Positions 59,605 to 64,000 of a stretch of 64,000 nt of DNA are shown here, piece after piece (the first letter of the stretch is position 1; every line of letters begins with the position of its first letter). Below the pieces are notes generated by a model. The model was not told the DNA's origin, ran no database searches, and worked only from the letters and a program-made list of their open reading frames with translations. This DNA is from Candidatus Nomurabacteria bacterium (GTDB taxonomy: Bacteria > Patescibacteriota > Saccharimonadia > Saccharimonadales > CAIOMD01), in the NCBI GenBank assembly GCA_020631975.1, contig JACKGO010000008.1:72446-136445 (forward strand). Reading direction: 5' to 3'. The position numbers and the translations under genes were made by a program.

Positions 59605-61421
59605 AATTTTGACAAGTCAACTATAGCTGGCCCATTGTTAAGCCTACCATTACCCCACCATGTTTCAAATACAAATTTATCGTAACTAGTATAGACATTT
59701 TGATATTTCCCATCTGAACTCTTCTCTATGTCTGTAATTCCATTCTGAGATATATGTATAAGTCTTCCTTCAGTTACTTCTTTTCCGTTGCCCCACCAAA
59801 GCTCGCGTACATAGCTTCCATCAGCAATGTACAGTTGATGCACACCGTTAGTAATATTTTTCTCAATTGCTACATTTTTTCTACCGCTCGGAGTAGTGGC
59901 CAGTTGAGCTGCATTACTAAATTTACTATTTTGACGCCACCATGTTTCATATACAGCATTATCAGTTGCCGTATATAAGAGTTCGGTACCATCTGTTAAA
60001 TTTTGCTTTTCAATATCTACAATCTTATTCATAGGCAATACTTTTATACGCTCAATACTACCGTTAACAGGCCATTTCATTCTATATACTTCATAAGGCG
60101 TAGCAACATATACTTCATCTAGACCTAAAGTATCTTTTGCTTTAACCATGTCTACAGCATTTGTAATATTCCATAGTCTAAACCCACCACTTATTGCAGT
60201 AGAATCCTTCCACCAGTATTCATAAGGACCATCATTCGCAAGTACGTACAATTTGAAGACTGTTTCATTATTTTCAATAATCGTTTCATAAATTATTTTC
60301 TTAATATTTTCTTTACTAAGCACCTTAATGGGTTGTCCAAAATTTGAATTAACACCTTGCATTTTGTAAACAGCGTTTGTTGTCGCAAAATATATTGTTT
60401 GGGTGACTCCATCACGTTCATTAATTTTTGTGAAATCCTTTATTTCACCATCCGGAGAATAGAGTATAGTTTTCTTCTGCACACCGTTACTACCAGGCCA
60501 TGAGAACATATCTATTTGCGTTTTTGTACTTGTAAATAACTGTTGAGTATTTGCAATGCTTGATTTAACAATCTGCTTCACTCTGTAGTTATCTCCTGCC
60601 AACGTACCACCGAACCAATCGTTAAAGTATCTCCAAAAGTTTCTATTACCATAAGCGCCACAATCGGCGCTACCATACATATTTGATAAGGCACCAGCGT
60701 TTGGTTGGTAAGGGGTGTAGTTATAAAGGGCGGCGGTTGCAGGGTTCTCTATAAATACTTGCGAGCCACCACAGGCTGCATTAGGACTGTATTGTATATA
60801 GCGTGATACACCCGCTTTGAAATTGTAGCTATTAGGGTAAGCGATATATCTTTTAAGTTGCCACGCGGCACTAGATACTTGATTATAAAAACCATAGTAT
60901 TGGGCATCGCAAGGTGCGGTATCTGGGCAAGCATAGCCCATAGCTTTTTGATACTGCACGTTCCAAGGCCAATTATCTGTGACTAAACCTTGTTCTTTTT
61001 GCAGCATTACAATTAAAACTTGTGGGTTAATACCATACTCTTGAGCAACGTCCCATATTATTTGGGCGGCAGACTTGCCACCGGGGACATTGTAGGTTGG
61101 TCTTCCCGCATTATTTTCTTTTGTATTTATATTTTCTTTATACTCTTTTAGGCACGTCCAGGGTGGCTGATAACTTGGGTTGCTACTCGCTCGCCACCTG
61201 TCACAGGTGGGGACTTTAGCATCTAGGAACTGCTGTATTTGCTGTGCCGTCATAGAATTTTTATTATAAAAGACAGCATCGTCTATAATGCGCCCAGCTT
61301 TCCAATCGTTTGCAGTAACTGCATGTGCTTTTTGGGGTAAGGCAACTGGCAGCAGAATAGTAATCACTAAAAATACCATTGCAGCTGTAAAAGCCTTGTT
61401 TTTTAAGTGCTTAGCAAGCAT
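59601..61421 (-). CDS. secreted protein: conserved N-terminal domain plus about 6-7 Trp-rich beta-propeller-like repeats (lectin-like)
   Basis: Signal peptide (...PQKAHA). Repeats of the form LY.AT..AVYE.WW (LYTATDNAVYETWW, VYTSYDKFVFETWWGNG, LYIADGSYVRELWWGNG, LYVLANDGPYEYWW, VYVATPYEVYRMKW, IYFATTNAVYKMQG). Confidence 0.6.
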   Translation of the reverse strand: MLAKHLKNKAFTAAMVFLVITILLPVALPQKAHAVTANDWKAGRIIDDAVFYNKNSMTAQQIQQFLDAKVPTCDRWRASSNPSYQPPWTCLKEYKENINTKENNAGRPTYNVPGGKSAAQIIWDVAQEYGINPQVLIVMLQKEQGLVTDNWPWNVQYQKAMGYACPDTAPCDAQYYGFYNQVSSAAWQLKRYIAYPNSYNFKAGVSRYIQYSPNAACGGSQVFIENPATAALYNYTPYQPNAGALSNMYGSADCGAYGNRNFWRYFNDWFGGTLAGDNYRVKQIVKSSIANTQQLFTSTKTQIDMFSWPGSNGVQKKTILYSPDGEIKDFTKINERDGVTQTIYFATTNAVYKMQGVNSNFGQPIKVLSKENIKKIIYETIIENNETVFKLYVLANDGPYEYWWKDSTAISGGFRLWNITNAVDMVKAKDTLGLDEVYVATPYEVYRMKWPVNGSIERIKVLPMNKIVDIEKQNLTDGTELLYTATDNAVYETWWRQNSKFSNAAQLATTPSGRKNVAIEKNITNGVHQLYIADGSYVRELWWGNGKEVTEGRLIHISQNGITDIEKSSDGKYQNVYTSYDKFVFETWWGNGRLNNGPAIVDLSKF

Positions 61422-61969
61422 TATTGTTTTACCTCTATTGTTTGCTGTGCGGTACCACTACGGTCTACACTTGTTACTGTTACTGCAAGGTTCCAACTTC
61501 CAGGAGTGAGTTCACCAATAGGTATGTCTAGAGCCTCACAATTGTAATAGGTGCCAGCGTTTACCACATTTTTTACATATTCTTTGCTTGAGCTTCCATT
61601 TGTTAGTGAGATAGTGCAGGTTCCTGTGGTCACGTCTGTTAAAAGAACCCTTACTACAACTGGGCCACCTATATTATCTTGGCCTGCAGCTGTAAGAACT
61701 ACATTAATGGGGGCACCGGTTGAAGCTGGTGCTTTGTTTTGATCTATGGTGCCATCTAGCTTTTTCTGGTTTGTCTCGTCACTGTCTGTTGGGTTTGCTG
61801 GGGTATATTGCACATCATTTACTGGGCGTGGTGCTACGACAACAGTCGCAATAGGCTTGGTATAGAAGTTGGTTATTTGTAATTTTTCTAGGACTACCAA
61901 TATAAAAATCACAGCAAGTGCAATGATCGCCGATATATAAATGATTTTAAATATTTTGGAGTTTTTCAT
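61421..61969 (-). CDS. membrane-anchored hypothetical protein (182 aa)
   Basis: N-terminal TM IIYISAIIALAVIFILVVL followed by a beta-rich soluble domain. Start/stop overlap with the downstream gene. Confidence 0.55.
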   Translation of the reverse strand: MKNSKIFKIIYISAIIALAVIFILVVLEKLQITNFYTKPIATVVVAPRPVNDVQYTPANPTDSDETNQKKLDGTIDQNKAPASTGAPINVVLTAAGQDNIGGPVVVRVLLTDVTTGTCTISLTNGSSSKEYVKNVVNAGTYYNCEALDIPIGELTPGSWNLAVTVTSVDRSGTAQQTIEVKQ

Positions 61970-62053
61970 ACTTTTTTATTTTATCTTATATATTTAAACA
62001 CTACCACATTATTATCTGTTTTGTCAATGTTATTATTCAAAATATGTTGTAAA

Positions 62054-63418
62054 TTAATAGCTACGACCAACACCCAAATATTTGAATCCTAACAACTTAA
62101 TATAGTCTGTGTCATAGTAGTTTACTGCGTCTACCAATAATACACCATCACAATTAGATAGCTCATCGGGATAGCCTAAATACTGGAATTCTGGCCAGTC
62201 TACAGCTATAAATATCGCGTCTTTATTTTTAATAGCATCTTTTGTGCTTTTTGAAAGATTTACGTTTTTGCGTAAATCTTTTTTAGCCTCATCCATGGCC
62301 CGTGGGTCATAAGCTGTTACTATTGCGCCAGCTTTGTCAAGTATGTTTGCTATCTTAACGCCAGGAGATTTACGGGCATCGCTGGTGCCCGCTTTGAAGG
62401 CCAAGCCCAATACAGCAACGTTTTTACCTTTTAGTGTACCCATAGCTTTCTTAGCCTTTTTAGTAATATAGCTGGGCATGCTTTCGTTGATATCTTGCGC
62501 AGCTGTCATTATGGACATGTCAATTCCGTATTGTTCGGCGCTTCTTATTAATCCACTTACGTCCTTAGGGAAGCATCCCCCACCATAACCACGCCCAGCA
62601 TTTAGGAATGATCTGCCAATGCGTTTATCTTCGCCAACAGCATCCATGACTTCTCTTATGTCTGAACCTGTAGCATCTGCAAGTTTTGCTATAGAGTTGG
62701 CAAAAGAAATTTTTAGTGCCAAGAATGCATTTGCCGTTACTTTAGTTAGTTCTGCACTATTGCGTGTTGTGATAATATACTTACCAGGTTTATTTTTGGC
62801 AGGTTTAATGTTAGCAATATTCGCTAACTTTTCACGTTTTTGTTCTACAGATTTATATGTATCTAAAACAGTTTTTGCTGCGAGTTTACTATTACTGCCT
62901 ATAACAATTCGATCAAAGTATAACGTATCTATTATTGCTGTACCTTCACGCAAAAACTCTGGGTTGGATGCGTATTTAATATTACATCCATTTTCATGGA
63001 ATATATCTTCTATTTTTTGACCGGTTCCTACCGGCACAGTACTCTTTTGAACAAAAATACAATTATTTTTAGCCTGCATAGCCACTAGCTCTGCGACTTC
63101 ATAGACGTATCGTAGATTTGAGCTGCCATCAGGGTTTTCTGGTGTCCCTACGCAAGAAAATATAATGTCTGATGAGTCTAATACTGTATGAGCATCGCTG
63201 GTAATCGTTAGATATTTATAATTTAAGGCATAACTCAATAACTCGTTTACGCCTGCCTCAAAGAAAAATGATTTGCCGGTTTTTAGTGTCTTTAAACGTT
63301 TATCGTTATTTTCAATCAGACTGACTTTATAACCTGTATTGGCTAGTACTACAGCTGTACTAAGGCCTACATAACCAGCACCAATAACAGCAATGTTTTT
63401 GATATTTTTGCTTCTCAC
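62054..63418 (-). CDS. UDP-glucose/GDP-mannose 6-dehydrogenase family (nucleotide-sugar dehydrogenase)
   Basis: Rossmann IAVIGAGYVGL. Catalytic-Cys region GYGGGCFPKD. Confidence 0.9.
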   Translation of the reverse strand: MRSKNIKNIAVIGAGYVGLSTAVVLANTGYKVSLIENNDKRLKTLKTGKSFFFEAGVNELLSYALNYKYLTITSDAHTVLDSSDIIFSCVGTPENPDGSSNLRYVYEVAELVAMQAKNNCIFVQKSTVPVGTGQKIEDIFHENGCNIKYASNPEFLREGTAIIDTLYFDRIVIGSNSKLAAKTVLDTYKSVEQKREKLANIANIKPAKNKPGKYIITTRNSAELTKVTANAFLALKISFANSIAKLADATGSDIREVMDAVGEDKRIGRSFLNAGRGYGGGCFPKDVSGLIRSAEQYGIDMSIMTAAQDINESMPSYITKKAKKAMGTLKGKNVAVLGLAFKAGTSDARKSPGVKIANILDKAGAIVTAYDPRAMDEAKKDLRKNVNLSKSTKDAIKNKDAIFIAVDWPEFQYLGYPDELSNCDGVLLVDAVNYYDTDYIKLLGFKYLGVGRSY

Positions 63419-63510
63419 TATCTGTTAATTATAACATATTTGATCGCTATAACATTATACAGAATAATATTGGGAGATATTGATTGCCAAAGGATGTATA
63501 ATATTTAATC

Positions 63511-64000
63511 ATGATTACTGTAATTATTGCGGGGGGTTCGGGGACTCGTTTGTGGCCTCTTTCTACTTCCGACTATCCAAAGCAGCTATTAAAATTAACT
63601 AACGACAAATCAATGGTGCAGAACACTTACGAACGGGCAAGGGCTATATCTGAGCACGTATATATAGTGCCCGACATTAGTCACGCGCATCATATAAAAG
63701 AGCAACTTAGCGATGTGGATGATGATCATTTTGTGGTTGAACCTGGTAGGCGCGGTACAGCTAATGCTATTGTTGCTGCCCTAGTCCACATCGCTAAAAA
63801 GCGTGGTGCCGAAGAACCCATCGCTTTTGTGCATGCAGATCATCATATTCGTGACCTACATGGTTTTACACGTTCTTTTATGACAGCTGCAGAAGTATCC
63901 AGTAGCAGACACGAAATTGCTTTGATTGGCATAGAGCCAACGTATCCAGCGGTAGGATTTGGATACATAGAGCGTGATGGTGAACTTGATGAGTACAGGG
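63511..64000 (+). CDS. mannose-1-phosphate guanylyltransferase-like nucleotidyltransferase (3' end outside the window)
   Basis: Own translation from ATG 63511: MITVIIAGGSGTRLWPLSTSDYPKQLLKL.... Not in the ORF track because it runs off the window. Confidence 0.85.
   Translation, partial: MITVIIAGGSGTRLWPLSTSDYPKQLLKLTNDKSMVQNTYERARAISEHVYIVPDISHAHHIKEQLSDVDDDHFVVEPGRRGTANAIVAALVHIAKKRGAEEPIAFVHADHHIRDLHGFTRSFMTAAEVSSSRHEIALIGIEPTYPAVGFGYIERDGELDEYR

Overview
This window looks like the chromosomal origin region of a small-genome, CPR/Patescibacteria-like (Saccharibacteria-like) bacterium. That assignment is inferred from gene content and protein style; no database was searched. All identity statements come from alignment by eye.

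**Core genes**
- valS, pyrH, rlmH, a HIT-family gene, comFC and hsp20.
- The origin cluster: recF-dnaN-dnaA, divergent from rpmH-rnpA-yidC-jag, with DnaA-box clusters on both sides of dnaA.

**Accessory blocks**
1. **7.2-15.3 kb: tRNA-Ser integration hotspot.**
   - It holds four tRNA-Ser genes (one of them chimeric) plus a displaced 3' fragment.
   - A ~3.3-kb element carrying a Fic gene and a large serine recombinase has perfect 146-bp and 135-bp inverted arm pairs. These fit attL, attR and an internal inverted attP copy.
   - An ANT(6)-type aminoglycoside nucleotidyltransferase and an IS481-like transposase are also present.
2. **16.7-33 kb: type IV secretion-like locus.**
   - Seven tandem VirB2/TrbC-like pilin paralogs face a divergent set of virB6-like, PrgI/VirB3-like, extra VirB4-N-like and VirB4 ATPase genes.
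   - Two large multidomain cell-wall hydrolases follow.
   - No relaxase or VirD4 coupling protein is recognisable in this window.
3. **39.6-64 kb: envelope and glycan region.**
   - A giant SGNH/TSP3-repeat surface protein.
   - A tandem gene pair with near-identical ends and unrelated centres.
   - A Wzm/Wzt ABC-dependent polysaccharide cluster that includes a GT-FkbM methyltransferase.
   - A gtrA/gtrB/GT-C-like module in which two genes are broken at homopolymer tracts.
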